DNA of 63,908 nt, filler included, from Sandaracinaceae bacterium (GTDB lineage: Bacteria; Myxococcota_A; Polyangia; Polyangiales; JADJQN01), in assembly GCA_947483975.1 (NCBI GenBank). It is 3 parts of 3 records of this genome, joined end to end, with 100 filler letters (N's around TTAATTAATTAA, not from the genome) between each part and the next. Parts side by side here need not be neighbours in the genome. Positions count along the whole stretch, not along the records: positions 23,565 to 46,321 come from CANKOL010000042.1; 2 more parts are not named here. The stretch is one strand, 5' to 3'. The notes beneath the pieces are model-generated. The model saw only the letters and a program-made list of their open reading frames with translations, had not been told where the DNA came from and searched no databases. Shown here one piece after another: positions 29,961-41,611 of this stretch. Position 1 is the stretch's first letter. Each line of letters begins with the position of its first letter. The position numbers and the translations under genes are program-made.

Positions 29961-30197
29961 ATGAAGCTCGAGCGTCTCCCCGCCTGGGTGGTCGACAATG
30001 CGACGTCGGTTCGTCGCGAAGCCGAGCCGTACCGAGCGATGACGCCCGCGGCGCGCTGGGAGATCACCCACCGTTGCTGCCGCGCGGCGCTCTCCCTCCT
30101 GCGTCGGAGCCCGTACGCGGAGAGGGCGCTCACGCTCGTGGACCCGCTGCCGCCGAGCACGATCGAGGCGCTGGCGCGCCTGCGGGCACTTCGATGA
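29961..30197 (+). CDS. Small putative antitoxin partner of the nucleotidyltransferase
   Basis: 78-aa helical protein (YRAMTPAARW) with ATGA overlap to the downstream NTase. Confidence 0.6.
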   Translation: MKLERLPAWVVDNATSVRREAEPYRAMTPAARWEITHRCCRAALSLLRRSPYAERALTLVDPLPPSTIEALARLRALR

Positions 30198-30766
30198 TGC
30201 CGGCGCTCGACGCGGCCGAAGCCGGGACGCGAATCGCTCGCGCGCTCGACGCGGCGGGCATCGCGCACGCGATCGGCGGCGCCTTGGCGCTGGGCGTGCA
30301 CGGCGTGCCGCGCGGCACGCTCGACGTCGATCTCAACGTGTTCGTCTCTGAGGAGGGCCTCGGCGCCGTGTTCGACGTGCTGCGCAGCGTCGGGGTGACG
30401 CTCGACCCCGTGAGCGCGCTCAGCGCCGCGCGCACGCAGGGGATGTTCATCGGTGACCTCGACGGTATGCGCATCGATGTGTTCGTCCCGAGCATCCCGT
30501 TCTCCGACGAGGCCGGTCGCACGCGCGTGCGGATCGCGAGCCCTGACGGCGGAGCCGACTGGTTCCTCTCCGCCGAGGCGCTCGCGGTGTTCAAGCTGCT
30601 CTTCGCGCGCCCGAAAGACTTCGTCGATCTCGAACGTCTCCTCGCGGTGCAGGGCGCCGCCCTCGATCGAGCCTACGTACGACGGTGGATCGCCGAGATG
30701 ATGGGCGACGACGAGCGCGTTCGGCGCTGGGACGCGCTCGTACGCGAGGCGGGCGGCGCTACGTAG
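30194..30766 (+). CDS. Nucleotidyltransferase (AbiEii/MenT-like)
   Basis: HAIGGALAL..HG.PRGTLDVD, E.L.VFKL...RPKD..D.E.L. Confidence 0.8.
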   Translation: MMPALDAAEAGTRIARALDAAGIAHAIGGALALGVHGVPRGTLDVDLNVFVSEEGLGAVFDVLRSVGVTLDPVSALSAARTQGMFIGDLDGMRIDVFVPSIPFSDEAGRTRVRIASPDGGADWFLSAEALAVFKLLFARPKDFVDLERLLAVQGAALDRAYVRRWIAEMMGDDERVRRWDALVREAGGAT

Positions 30767-30812
30767 CGGGGCGACCTCGACCTGGCCCGCCCCATTGAAC
30801 GCGGCGAAGGGG

Positions 30813-31367
30813 CTACGGCTGCAGGACGTCGCAGCCCGCGTACTCGAGCTCGCCGTTCAGCGCTGCGGCGTCCGCGCCGGTGCCGACGAGGTGGCAAGCG
30901 GTCAGCGTCAGCACCGCGTAGGCCGCGTCTGCGTCGTAGTCGAGCGCGAGCGTGCAGGTCGCGCCGGGGCCGCCCGCGAAGGTCTCGCTCGCGCCGAAGG
31001 TCGCGGTGACGACGCCGCGCGGGACGCTCGGATCGTCGATCTGCACGGACAGCTCGCGGAGCCCGCGGTCGCCCGCCGGGACGGCGCCGGTGCGCGACAC
31101 GCCGAGGCCGATCACGTCCGGGGTGCCCGCGGCGCCGACGCGGATCGTGCAGTGACCCGCCGTCGCACCCGAGGTCGGCGCGACGCGGTCGTCGTAGAGG
31201 CGCGTCTCGGTCGCGAAGGTGAACGAGCTCTCACCCCCCGCGAGCGTGCCGACGAGCTGCCCGCGCACGGTGAGCCCGGGGTCTTCACTGCTGCCGCAGC
31301 CGACGCCGACCAAGGCGAGCGCGGTGAGGACGACGGGGACCAAGCAGGTGCGGCAGAAGCGGGTCAT
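30813..31367 (-). CDS. Lipoprotein, unknown function
   Basis: VLTALALVGVGC lipobox. Confidence 0.65.
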   Translation of the reverse strand: MTRFCRTCLVPVVLTALALVGVGCGSSEDPGLTVRGQLVGTLAGGESSFTFATETRLYDDRVAPTSGATAGHCTIRVGAAGTPDVIGLGVSRTGAVPAGDRGLRELSVQIDDPSVPRGVVTATFGASETFAGGPGATCTLALDYDADAAYAVLTLTACHLVGTGADAAALNGELEYAGCDVLQP

Positions 31368-31566
31368 GGCGGTTCTCTCGGGGTGGGAGTCTCGGAGCAC
31401 GAGTCGAACGTTGAGCGAGAAGCGTGCCAGGGGCCGAGGCCCACGATCTTCGCACGATCCGTGGGTCGGCGACAGCGTGAGGCGCCGCGCGTTCACGCCC
31501 GACGCGCGGCCGTGTGACCGCGCGTTCACGTCCGCTGCGCCGCGGCCCGTGCTAAGCGTCCGCGCT

Positions 31567-33126
31567 GTGAGCGACCGCCCCCCGAGCAAGAACGCCCCGA
31601 CCGACGTGGCCCCAGGCACGCCTCTGAACGCGCGCATCGAGGCGGCGATCACCCTGCTCGACTCGCTGATCGAGGACCGCGCGCTGCTCGTCAACGTCCC
31701 CGAAGACCTGCGACAGCGGCTCCTGATGTCCGCCGGCCGCGTCTCACGCCCGGTGCGAGGCGAGGCGCGCAAGCTCGCCAAGGCGTTCCGCAAGAAGGAG
31801 CGCGGCGACGTCCGCGCCGAGGACGAGGCGGTGCTCGACTCGACCGAGATCCGCACGCTGCGCCGCGCGCCGATCTTCCCGACGCCTGCGCTCGCGTCCC
31901 CCGCGCCTATCCGCGCGCTCGGCGGCGGCACGGGCGCCCGCAACGCCCCGCCCTCGCCCCACGACGCGAGCGGCGATCCGACGCGCGCGCTCCACGAGCC
32001 GCGCAAGTGCTACGTGTGCAAAGCGCCGTTTCAGCACGTGCACTTCTTCTACGATCAGCTCTGCGCCAAGTGCGCCGAGCTGAACTGGGAGAAGCGGCAG
32101 CAGACGGCGGACTGCCGCGGGCGCGTCGCCATCGTCACCGGGGCGCGCGTGAAGATCGGCTATCAGGCGTCGATCCTGTTGCTGCGCGCGGGCGCCGAGG
32201 TGCTCGCGACGACGCGCTTCCCGCAGGACGCCGCCGCGCGCTATGCGCGGGAGTCGGACTACGCCGAGTGGAAGGACAGAATCCACGTCTATGGCCTCGA
32301 TCTGCGGCACACGCCGAGCGTCGAGGCGTTCGCCAAGCACGTGAACGACACGTACGAGCGGCTCGACTTCATCGTGCACAACGCGTGTCAGACCGTGCGT
32401 CGCCCGCCGGGCTTCTACACGCACCTGATGGACGCCGAGAAGGCCCCGCTCACGGCGCTCCCCGCGACCGAGCAGCGCGTGCTCGCGGGGCACGCGGCGC
32501 TGCTCGCGCGGCGCGAGCACCGGCACGACGCGGCGGCGCTCTCGCAGGTCCCGCTGCTCGACGAGGATCACGCGCCGACGGCGCTGCTCTTCCCCGAAGG
32601 GCAGCTCGATCAGGACCTGCAGCAGATCGACCTGCGCGCGGCCAACTCGTGGCGCCTCACGCTCGCGGACGTGCCGACGATCGAGCTGCTCGAGGTGCAG
32701 CTCGTCAACTCCATCGCGCCCTTCGTGCTGAGCGCGCGCCTCAAGCCGCTGATGCTGCGACACCGCACCTTCGACAAGCACATCGTCAACGTCTCGGCGA
32801 TGGAGGGGCAGTTCTACCGCGAGCACAAGACGGACAAACACCCGCACACGAACATGGCCAAGGCCGCGCTCAACATGCTGACGCGCACGTCGGCGCCCGA
32901 CTACGTGCAAGACGGCATTCACATGAACAGCGTGGACACGGGCTGGGTCACCGACGAGGACGCCGCCGCGCTCGCGGAGCGCAAGGTCGAGGTCCACGGC
33001 TTTCATCCGCCGCTCGACATCGTGGACGGGGCGGCGCGGATCATCGATCCGATCTTCCACGGCCTGAACACGGGCGAGCACCTCTGGGGCCTCTTCTTGA
33101 AGGACTACCGCGCCATTCCGTGGTGA
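31567..33126 (+). CDS. SDR family oxidoreductase with N-terminal CxxC...CxxC region
   Basis: CYVCK/LCAKC, VTGARVKIG, HNACQT, VNVSAMEG, HTNMAKAALN, SVDTGWV. Confidence 0.85.
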   Translation: MSDRPPSKNAPTDVAPGTPLNARIEAAITLLDSLIEDRALLVNVPEDLRQRLLMSAGRVSRPVRGEARKLAKAFRKKERGDVRAEDEAVLDSTEIRTLRRAPIFPTPALASPAPIRALGGGTGARNAPPSPHDASGDPTRALHEPRKCYVCKAPFQHVHFFYDQLCAKCAELNWEKRQQTADCRGRVAIVTGARVKIGYQASILLLRAGAEVLATTRFPQDAAARYARESDYAEWKDRIHVYGLDLRHTPSVEAFAKHVNDTYERLDFIVHNACQTVRRPPGFYTHLMDAEKAPLTALPATEQRVLAGHAALLARREHRHDAAALSQVPLLDEDHAPTALLFPEGQLDQDLQQIDLRAANSWRLTLADVPTIELLEVQLVNSIAPFVLSARLKPLMLRHRTFDKHIVNVSAMEGQFYREHKTDKHPHTNMAKAALNMLTRTSAPDYVQDGIHMNSVDTGWVTDEDAAALAERKVEVHGFHPPLDIVDGAARIIDPIFHGLNTGEHLWGLFLKDYRAIPW

Positions 33127-33202
33127 GTTCCGGCGCGCGAAGGCGCTTGCCTTCGGCAGCGCGCCGTGCGCTCCTTTCCCCCTCACCAGCAAGGGGAAAT
33201 GC

Positions 33203-34600
33203 ATGGCACGGCAGATGGCGACGACGAACACCGGGCTTCCTGTCAACGTGACGGACGGCGGGCATCGCTTCATGGTCGGCGGGGACGCTTGCCACGCCTC
33301 GCTCGCGTGGACCGATCTCGACGGGGATGGCTGCATCGACCTCGTCGCCATCGCCACCGAGTCGGGCAACTACGAGGACACCGACCACGAGCTCGTCGCG
33401 ATCCACGTGCCGACTGGCAACGTCGGCTGGCGCGCGCTGCCGGGTGAAGTCTCCAAGCGCGTCGCCTTCGTCGACGGCGTGATCGTCGCCTCCACGCGCT
33501 CGGCGGAGCGCCTCGTCGGGCTCGAGCCGCGCACGGGCGCGAAGCTCTGGGACGTCGAGCTGTCCGACCGCCTCGAGGAGGACAACTTCGACGACGACGA
33601 CTGCGCGCGCTCGATCCAGCCCCTCGGCGGAAACTACGCGGCGCTCCAGTGCAAGGACGACACCTATCACCTGCTCGACGCGCGCACGGGCCAGATGGTC
33701 AAGAGCGGCGAGGGCAAGTGGAAGGCGCTCGGCGGCGGCGTCCCCGGCGTCGTCGGGCTCGAGTTCGAGGACGACCGCCTCGAGATCTGGGACATCCCGC
33801 GCCTGACGAAGCTTACCGAGCTCAAGGACAGCTCCTCGGCGCGCATCGTGCCTGGCCCGGGATACTTCGCGCTGCTCCGGCACGGCGCCATCAGCAAGAA
33901 CGGCGCGTATGGGCACGAGGCGCGCATCTTCGACAACGCGACGCTGAAGGAGCTCGGGCGCGCCACGCTCGTGCACGGCGGCGGGCCCGCCAAGCGCAGC
34001 GGCGACGACGACGACGACGACGGCGGGAGCATCAACCTCGGCAGCGGCGAGTTCGACGTGATCGGCGGCTGCATTCTCCCAGGAAATCGCCTGATCTTCG
34101 GCTCGCGCTACCACGACGAGGCGTACGTCGTCGACCTCGCCTCGGGCAAGACCTGCAAGACGCGCACGTTCCCGCCGCCGAAGCCGGGCTTCAAGTTTCG
34201 CTCGCTCGCCTACGTCGCGCCGGCGCTCGTCAGCGTGTGGGAGAAGGACAAGGGCACGTCCAAGCTGATCGCCGTCGGCCACGATCCGAACACGCTCAAT
34301 CCCGTGTGGACTGCCGAGGATCTCGGCGGTCGCTCCGTAGATAAGGCGCTGCACGTCACCGACACTGCCGTGCTCATCCCGCGCAATCCGGGGAGCGACC
34401 AGAACGAGTATCACGCGCAGCTGAATCCGTGCGCGATTCGGCACCTCGACCCGAGCACGGGCGCGGTGATCACCGAGTATCCCGTCGAGGACGTGGAGTG
34501 CGTCGAGCTGCACGGGCACTTCCTCTGCGGCGCGCCCACCTACTTCAGCGGTGGACTGCCGATCGTCCACGACACGTACAACCGCACTCGCGTGCTCTGA
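33203..34600 (+). CDS. PQQ-like beta-propeller repeat protein
   Basis: Repeated L..(D/E)..TG...W blades; DLDGDG..DL motif; no signal peptide. Confidence 0.7.
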   Translation: MARQMATTNTGLPVNVTDGGHRFMVGGDACHASLAWTDLDGDGCIDLVAIATESGNYEDTDHELVAIHVPTGNVGWRALPGEVSKRVAFVDGVIVASTRSAERLVGLEPRTGAKLWDVELSDRLEEDNFDDDDCARSIQPLGGNYAALQCKDDTYHLLDARTGQMVKSGEGKWKALGGGVPGVVGLEFEDDRLEIWDIPRLTKLTELKDSSSARIVPGPGYFALLRHGAISKNGAYGHEARIFDNATLKELGRATLVHGGGPAKRSGDDDDDDGGSINLGSGEFDVIGGCILPGNRLIFGSRYHDEAYVVDLASGKTCKTRTFPPPKPGFKFRSLAYVAPALVSVWEKDKGTSKLIAVGHDPNTLNPVWTAEDLGGRSVDKALHVTDTAVLIPRNPGSDQNEYHAQLNPCAIRHLDPSTGAVITEYPVEDVECVELHGHFLCGAPTYFSGGLPIVHDTYNRTRVL

Positions 34601-34623
34601 GCGCGGAAGTCGGAGGCGCTGCC

Positions 34624-35532
34624 ATGTGGGTCCGACGCGTTCGCTGTCATGTCTGCGGGGGACCGAAGGTCACGCCCTCGCGGACGGCCCACGATCACTG
34701 CTCGTGGTGCGGGGCGTTCGCGGACTGGAACCACGCCGTCGCCTACGCGACGCGCGGCTCGATGCTGCCCGGCCCGCGCTACGAGGCGCTGCGCACCTAT
34801 CTGCAACCGCAGCTCGAGGAGGCGCGGCGACGGGGGCATTTCGCCAACCTGACGACCGCGTATCGGCAGCTCTATGCGCTCCACGTGACGGACTGCCCGG
34901 CGGCGTACTCCCCGCGCATCTCGGATCCCGTCTACCGCGCGGCCGTCGTCGAATACCACGCGATGCGCGACGCGGCGCGGCTCGTCGACGCGCCCGCGAT
35001 GAAGCTCGAGGCGGAGATGGCGCGCGTCTCGCGCACGATGTTCTACGTCGACCGACCCGAGGGGCGCTTCGTGCGCTCGGACCGCTTCTTCGCGGTGTTG
35101 CAGGCGTTCTTGCCGCTGCAAGAGCGCCTCGACTCGCTCCTGCGCGTCGTCGGCGCCATCGAGGTGCACCCCGACGCGCCGCCGCTCTCGCTCCTCCAGA
35201 AGATCGGGCGCTCGGCGTTCGTGCAGGAGTGGATGCCGCTGCTCGAGCACGAGACGGGGCTCGCAGCGCTCGAGTCCACCGGGCTCAAAGACCAATACGA
35301 AGAGCTGCACGACTTCGTCGTCCGCGCGCACGAGTGCCCGCATTGCCACGCCGAGGTGCCCGTCGTCGACGGCGCGCGCGCCGTGCTCTGCGAGGGCTGC
35401 GGCACGCTCGTCGGCGGCGAGCGCGTCGTGCGCTGCGGCGGCTGCGGCGGCGGGTTCACGCCGACGCCGGGCGCCCTCGAGCTCGCTTGCCCGTATTGCC
35501 AGCGAGTCGTGGACGCGTCGGCGCTGCGGTGA
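34624..35532 (+). CDS. Multi-zinc-ribbon protein
   Basis: CHVC, CSWC at N-terminus; CPHC, CEGC, CGGC, CPYC at C-terminus. Confidence 0.7.
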   Translation: MWVRRVRCHVCGGPKVTPSRTAHDHCSWCGAFADWNHAVAYATRGSMLPGPRYEALRTYLQPQLEEARRRGHFANLTTAYRQLYALHVTDCPAAYSPRISDPVYRAAVVEYHAMRDAARLVDAPAMKLEAEMARVSRTMFYVDRPEGRFVRSDRFFAVLQAFLPLQERLDSLLRVVGAIEVHPDAPPLSLLQKIGRSAFVQEWMPLLEHETGLAALESTGLKDQYEELHDFVVRAHECPHCHAEVPVVDGARAVLCEGCGTLVGGERVVRCGGCGGGFTPTPGALELACPYCQRVVDASALR

Positions 35533-35695
35533 GCGCTGCGGTGAGCGCGGGTGGAGCGGTGATCGAGGAGCTTCCGCGACCGTCGAAGCGCGGGTTGGCG
35601 CGTCTCGAGGCCGAGCTCGCCGCACCGCTCGCGGCTCCGCGCGCCGCGGTGTAGGCGTACCCGTCCGCCGCCGACGTTGTGTGGAACAACGCAAA

Positions 35696-36003
35696 CCTCG
35701 CCAGCAAGCAACGCGGATTCGCCGCCAACCTGCGGAGCCTTGCCAGCAAGCAACGCGGATTCGCCGCCAACCTACGGACCCTTGCCGGCACGCCTTCCCG
35801 TATCGGGAATGATTCCGCCGGGCTTGCTGACAAGGGCCCTTCGATTCGCGGGCAACTCGGGGCGCCTTGCCAGCAAGGCAGCGCACCTTGGATTCCAATC
35901 GCCGCGCCTTGCCAGCAAGGGCGCGCACATTGGATTCCAATCGCCGCGCCTTCCCGGCAAGCCCTCAGGATTGGTTTCCAATCGCCGCGCCTTGCTGGCA
36001 AGG
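35696..36003. repeat. Degenerate ~42-bp repeat array, 8 palindromic cores
   Basis: Core CTTGC-NN-GCAAG recurring about every 42 bp; later units also carry ATTGG-NNN-CCAAT. Confidence 0.88.
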
Positions 36004-36330
36004 GCAGCGGCGTGCGCCGAAGTGTCTCGCTCCCCACCCGACGGCTCGACCAGCGCGCCTTCCTCGACATCGCCTTCAGCAGCGACGGGTGGGGGACGAG
36101 CGCAGCGCCCGTGCGCTCGACGAGCGACACCCGCGGCTCACGCTCGACCGCCTTGCGCAGCACCTCGCGAGTGGATGCGCCACGGGTGTCGAGCACGTCC
36201 CCTACCCGGCGCGGTCACCAGGGCCTTGCGTCTCTTCGGAGCCCCTCTCCTCGGTCCTCTCCCCGCATGGACGCGGGGCGCGGAGGACGGAAGGCGCTTT
36301 CACCCAGAGCTCTCGCAGCCGCGCGAGCGC

Positions 36331-37314
36331 TCAGAGCCAGCCCTCGGCCCGGTACCAGGCGACGGTCTTGCGGGAGCCTTCGGCGAAGCTCATCTCGGGC
36401 TTCCAGCCGAGCTCGCGGCGGATCTTCTCGGAGCTGATGACGAGGTTCGGCGCGCGCAGAATGCCCACCTTCTCGCGCGTCACGATCTGCGGCTTCTTCG
36501 TCAGCTTCATCGAGAGCTCGGACAACACGGCGACCGCCTGCACGGCGAAGCGCGGGATCTCGAAGCGCAGCAAGGTCCGGCGCCCGATCGCGCCCTCGAC
36601 GATGCCGATCGCCTCGTGCCAGGTGTAGACGTTGCCGTCCGTGACGAAGTAGATCGAGCCCGACTCGTGCTCGACGTCGAAGGACGCGAGCACCGCCGAC
36701 GCGCAGTCTGGCCCATAGACCATCGTGAAGCGGCTCGAGCGGCTGTTGATCAGCGGCATCAAGCCGCGATTCGCGATGGCGAAGAGCTGCAGAATCTCCG
36801 TGTCGCGCGGGCCGTAGATGCCTGTCGGGCGCAGCACGGTGACCGGGAAGTCGGCCTTCGCCGCGAGCACGTGCTTCTCGCCCGCGAGCTTGCTGCGGCC
36901 GTACATCGTGATCGGCCGCGCCTCCATGTCCTCGGTCGGCATGACGCCGGGCGCAGCCGGTCCCCAGGCCTCGTGCGAGGAGATGTAGACGAAGCGCTTG
37001 ATGGGCGTCGTCACCCGGCGCGCGGCCTCCACGAGGTGCTTGGTGCCCCCCTCGTTCACCTCGTGAAAGCCGCCCTCGTCGAGCGCCTTGACGACGCCCG
37101 CGCAGTGCACGATGGCGTCGACTCCCTCGAGCGCGGAGTCGAGGCCTTCGCCCTTCTCGAGGTTGGCATACGCGAGCTCGGCACCGAGCTTCTCGAGGTG
37201 ATCGACCTTCGATGAGCGGCGCACGAGCGCGCGGACTCGGTCCCCACGCGCTGCGAGTTGTTCCGCTACATGAGAGCCGAGAAAGCCGGTCGCGCCGGTG
37301 ACGAGGACGCGCAC
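36331..37314 (-). CDS. NAD-dependent epimerase/dehydratase
   Basis: TGATGFLG, YGRSK, LRPTGIYGP, ELGWKP. Confidence 0.92.
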   Translation of the reverse strand: MRVLVTGATGFLGSHVAEQLAARGDRVRALVRRSSKVDHLEKLGAELAYANLEKGEGLDSALEGVDAIVHCAGVVKALDEGGFHEVNEGGTKHLVEAARRVTTPIKRFVYISSHEAWGPAAPGVMPTEDMEARPITMYGRSKLAGEKHVLAAKADFPVTVLRPTGIYGPRDTEILQLFAIANRGLMPLINSRSSRFTMVYGPDCASAVLASFDVEHESGSIYFVTDGNVYTWHEAIGIVEGAIGRRTLLRFEIPRFAVQAVAVLSELSMKLTKKPQIVTREKVGILRAPNLVISSEKIRRELGWKPEMSFAEGSRKTVAWYRAEGWL

Positions 37315-37315
37315 T

Positions 37316-38719
<1,404 letters not shown>

Positions 38720-38783
38720 GTTGGACCTCCGTTGGCGGCGCGATCTACCAGACACGCGCGGCGATCGCACGCGCAGCGGGCGC

Positions 38784-39302
38784 TCAGCTCGGCGCGAAGG
38801 CGTCGCGGAGCGCTGCGGCGCGCTCGGGCGTGACGCCGAGGCGCGCGGCGAGGAGGCCATAAGTGCCCCGCTCAGCCTCCGCGAGCTCGCCGTCGGCGTT
38901 CGCGAGCTCCCACGCGAGCACGAGCAGCAGCTCGCGCAGCACCGGGTGCTCGAGGCGCGCGACGATCGCGTCGAGCTCACCCGGCTCGTGGTCGATCGCC
39001 TCGCGCATCGCCCGCAGGTGCGCGCCGTCGAGGCGGCTCGCGTCGATCAGCAGCCGCAGCTGCGTGCGCTCGGCGTCGGTGACGACGCGGTCGGCGTGCA
39101 CCATCGCGATGCAGCCCTCGATCACGGCGCACTCGGTCGTCTGTCGCTCGGCCGTCGAGTGCGCGGCGAACCACTCGCGCAAGCCCCCGAGGGCGTCCTC
39201 GCCCACGATGCGCGCGGCCGCGATGGCGGCGGTTTCGTCGGTGTCGTCGCGCAGGACACCCGTCGAGAGAATTCCGAGCCAGCGTTCGACCGAGGCGTGC
39301 AT
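38784..39302 (-). CDS. TerB-like protein
   Basis: AMVHADR.V...ER and LANADG.L...ER motifs. Confidence 0.7.
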   Translation of the reverse strand: MHASVERWLGILSTGVLRDDTDETAAIAAARIVGEDALGGLREWFAAHSTAERQTTECAVIEGCIAMVHADRVVTDAERTQLRLLIDASRLDGAHLRAMREAIDHEPGELDAIVARLEHPVLRELLLVLAWELANADGELAEAERGTYGLLAARLGVTPERAAALRDAFAPS

Positions 39303-39349
39303 CGGCGGAGGATAAGCCGCGTCTTGCTCCCGTGGTAGCGTCTGCGGAC

Positions 39350-40210
39350 ATGAATTCGCGCGCGCTCGGGGTCGCCTTCGTCGTCTGTCTGCTCGTCGGT
39401 TTCGCTGCGCAGCGCGCCGCCGCGCAGAGCGCGCCCGCGGCGCCGGATCTCGTGCGCTTGCGGGATGGCGGCCTCCTCCGCGGGACCATCGCGGAGCTGG
39501 CCCCGGGCGACCACGTGACGCTCGTGCTCTTGACCGGTGAGACGAGGCGCGTCGCGGCGAGCGACTTCAGCTTCGCAGGCCCCGCAGAGGAGGCGCCGCA
39601 CGTCGTCGCGAGCGGCGCGACGGCCATCCCGACGGCTCCCGCGACGGATACGACTCCGCCGACCAACGCAGCAGCGACGGCGACCTCCGTCGAGGTGAGC
39701 GCGCCGCCTGCAGGCCGGGCGCGGGTGCGCTTTCGAGGGGAGGACGGCGAGCGGCTCGTGGTCGACGCCGCGAGCGAGACGAGCGGAACGCCCGCGTTCG
39801 CCAGGGTCTGCACGACGCCCTGCTCCCTCCTCATGCCGATCGGCACCTATCACGTCGCGCTGACGGCGAGCGGCAAGCCGCGCCTGACGGTCGAGCACCT
39901 CGTGCCGATCGAGGACCGCGACCTCGTCACGGTGGAGTACGAGACGCGCGGCGGCACGCGCGCCGGAGGCTTCGTCGTCATCGGGCTGACGGGCGCGCTC
40001 GGGATTGGCGTGGGGCTCTCCCCGCTGGCGGTCGACGCCCGCGCACGGGACGGCGCGATCCTCCCCGCGATCGTGGGCGGAGTCGCCGTCGCCGCGCTCG
40101 GCACGCTGATCGGGCTCCTGATGCACGGCACCGACGACGCCGCGCACTCGGTCGTCACGCACCACGAAGATCAGAGCGAGGACGACTCGAGCGACGACGG
40201 CGACGACTGA
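39350..40210 (+). CDS. Secreted/membrane protein, unknown function
   Basis: Signal peptide AAAQ, DLVRLRDGG.LRG.I.E, two C-terminal TM segments. Confidence 0.7.
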   Translation: MNSRALGVAFVVCLLVGFAAQRAAAQSAPAAPDLVRLRDGGLLRGTIAELAPGDHVTLVLLTGETRRVAASDFSFAGPAEEAPHVVASGATAIPTAPATDTTPPTNAAATATSVEVSAPPAGRARVRFRGEDGERLVVDAASETSGTPAFARVCTTPCSLLMPIGTYHVALTASGKPRLTVEHLVPIEDRDLVTVEYETRGGTRAGGFVVIGLTGALGIGVGLSPLAVDARARDGAILPAIVGGVAVAALGTLIGLLMHGTDDAAHSVVTHHEDQSEDDSSDDGDD

Positions 40211-40265
40211 CGCGAGCCGCGCACCCGGCGAACTCGAGAGCGCCTGTGCGCGCGGCTCGAAGGGC

Positions 40266-41477
40266 TCAGTTGTAGGCCTCTTCGCCATGACAGGCGGTGT
40301 CGAGTCCCTCGCGCTCGGCAGGCTCGTCGACGCGGAGCCCCATCGTCGCCCGGAGCCCATAGAGGAGCACGAAGCTGACGACACCCGCATAGGCGCACGC
40401 GGCCGTGACGCCGAGCGCCTGAACGCCTAGCTGATGGGCGTTGCCGTAGAGCAGGCCGTCTTGCCCAGCAGGGTTGAGGACTTTGCTCGCGAAGACGCCC
40501 GTCGCGAGCGCGCCGAAGATCCCGCCGACGCCGTGCACGCCAAACGCATCGAGCGCGTCGTCGTAGCCGCCGCGGTTCTTGAAGATCACCGCGCCGTAGC
40601 AGATCAGCCCCGCGAGAAAGCCGATGAGCAGCGCGGACAGAGGCGAAACAAAACCCGCGCCGGGCGTGATCGCGACGAGGCCCGCGACGAGGCCCGACGC
40701 GCAGCCGAGCATGCTCGGCTTCTTGTGGCGCACCCACTCGGCGAGGGACCACGAGAGTCCGCCCGCCGCCGCGGCGAGCCAGGTGGTGACGACCGCGAGC
40801 GCGGCAGTCCCGTTCGCGGCGAGCGCGCTGCCGCCGTTGAAGCCGATCCAGCCGAAGAGCAGCAGCGCGGTGCCGATCGCCATCATCGGCAGATCGTGCG
40901 GGGTGAAGCGCTCTCGACCGAAGCCGAGGCGAGGACCGACCATCTTCGCGAACACGAGGGCGGTCACGCCGCTGATGGCGTGTACGACGGTGCCGCCCGC
41001 GAAGTCGAGCGCGCCCGCGCGGTAGAGCCAGCCGCCCTCCGCCCACACCCAGTGCGCGACGGGCGCGTAGACCAGCGTGCTCCAGAGGAAGATGAACACG
41101 GCATACGTCGAGAACTTCACGCGCTCAGCCACTGAGCCACTGATCAGCGCGGGAGTGATCACCGCGAACATCCCTTGATAGGCGGCGAAGAGCAGGTGTG
41201 GAATCTCGCCCTTCGCCTGGAGACCGACGCCCGAGAAGCCGACGTATTCGAGCCCGCCGATCAGCCCGCCGTGGTCCCTGCCGAAGGCGAGCGTGTAGCC
41301 GATCAGCACCCACTGCACCGAGAGGAGCGCGAGCGCGAAGAACGAGTGCATCAGCGACGACAGCACGTTCTTGCGGCGCACCATCCCGCCGTAGAAGAGC
41401 GCGAGCCCCGGAGTCATCAGCAAGACCATCGCCGTCGCGACGATCATCCAAGCGGTGCTACCCGAGTTGATCTGCAT
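40266..41477 (-). CDS. amtB: Ammonium transporter
   Basis: MTPGLALFYGG, DFAGGTVVH, FGWIGFNGGS, GLVAITP, DDALDAFGVHG. Confidence 0.96.
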   Translation of the reverse strand: MQINSGSTAWMIVATAMVLLMTPGLALFYGGMVRRKNVLSSLMHSFFALALLSVQWVLIGYTLAFGRDHGGLIGGLEYVGFSGVGLQAKGEIPHLLFAAYQGMFAVITPALISGSVAERVKFSTYAVFIFLWSTLVYAPVAHWVWAEGGWLYRAGALDFAGGTVVHAISGVTALVFAKMVGPRLGFGRERFTPHDLPMMAIGTALLLFGWIGFNGGSALAANGTAALAVVTTWLAAAAGGLSWSLAEWVRHKKPSMLGCASGLVAGLVAITPGAGFVSPLSALLIGFLAGLICYGAVIFKNRGGYDDALDAFGVHGVGGIFGALATGVFASKVLNPAGQDGLLYGNAHQLGVQALGVTAACAYAGVVSFVLLYGLRATMGLRVDEPAEREGLDTACHGEEAYN

Positions 41478-41611
41478 CGGCGTCGTTGTGCCCTGGAGCG
41501 ACGCACCGCGTCGAGCCCCGAGTAGGCTCGACGCGCGAAGTTACGGGGCCGTTCCCCAGCCCGTCGCGCGCGCGAAACACGGACGAAATGCGCGCACGTT
41601 TTGGCCGAGGA

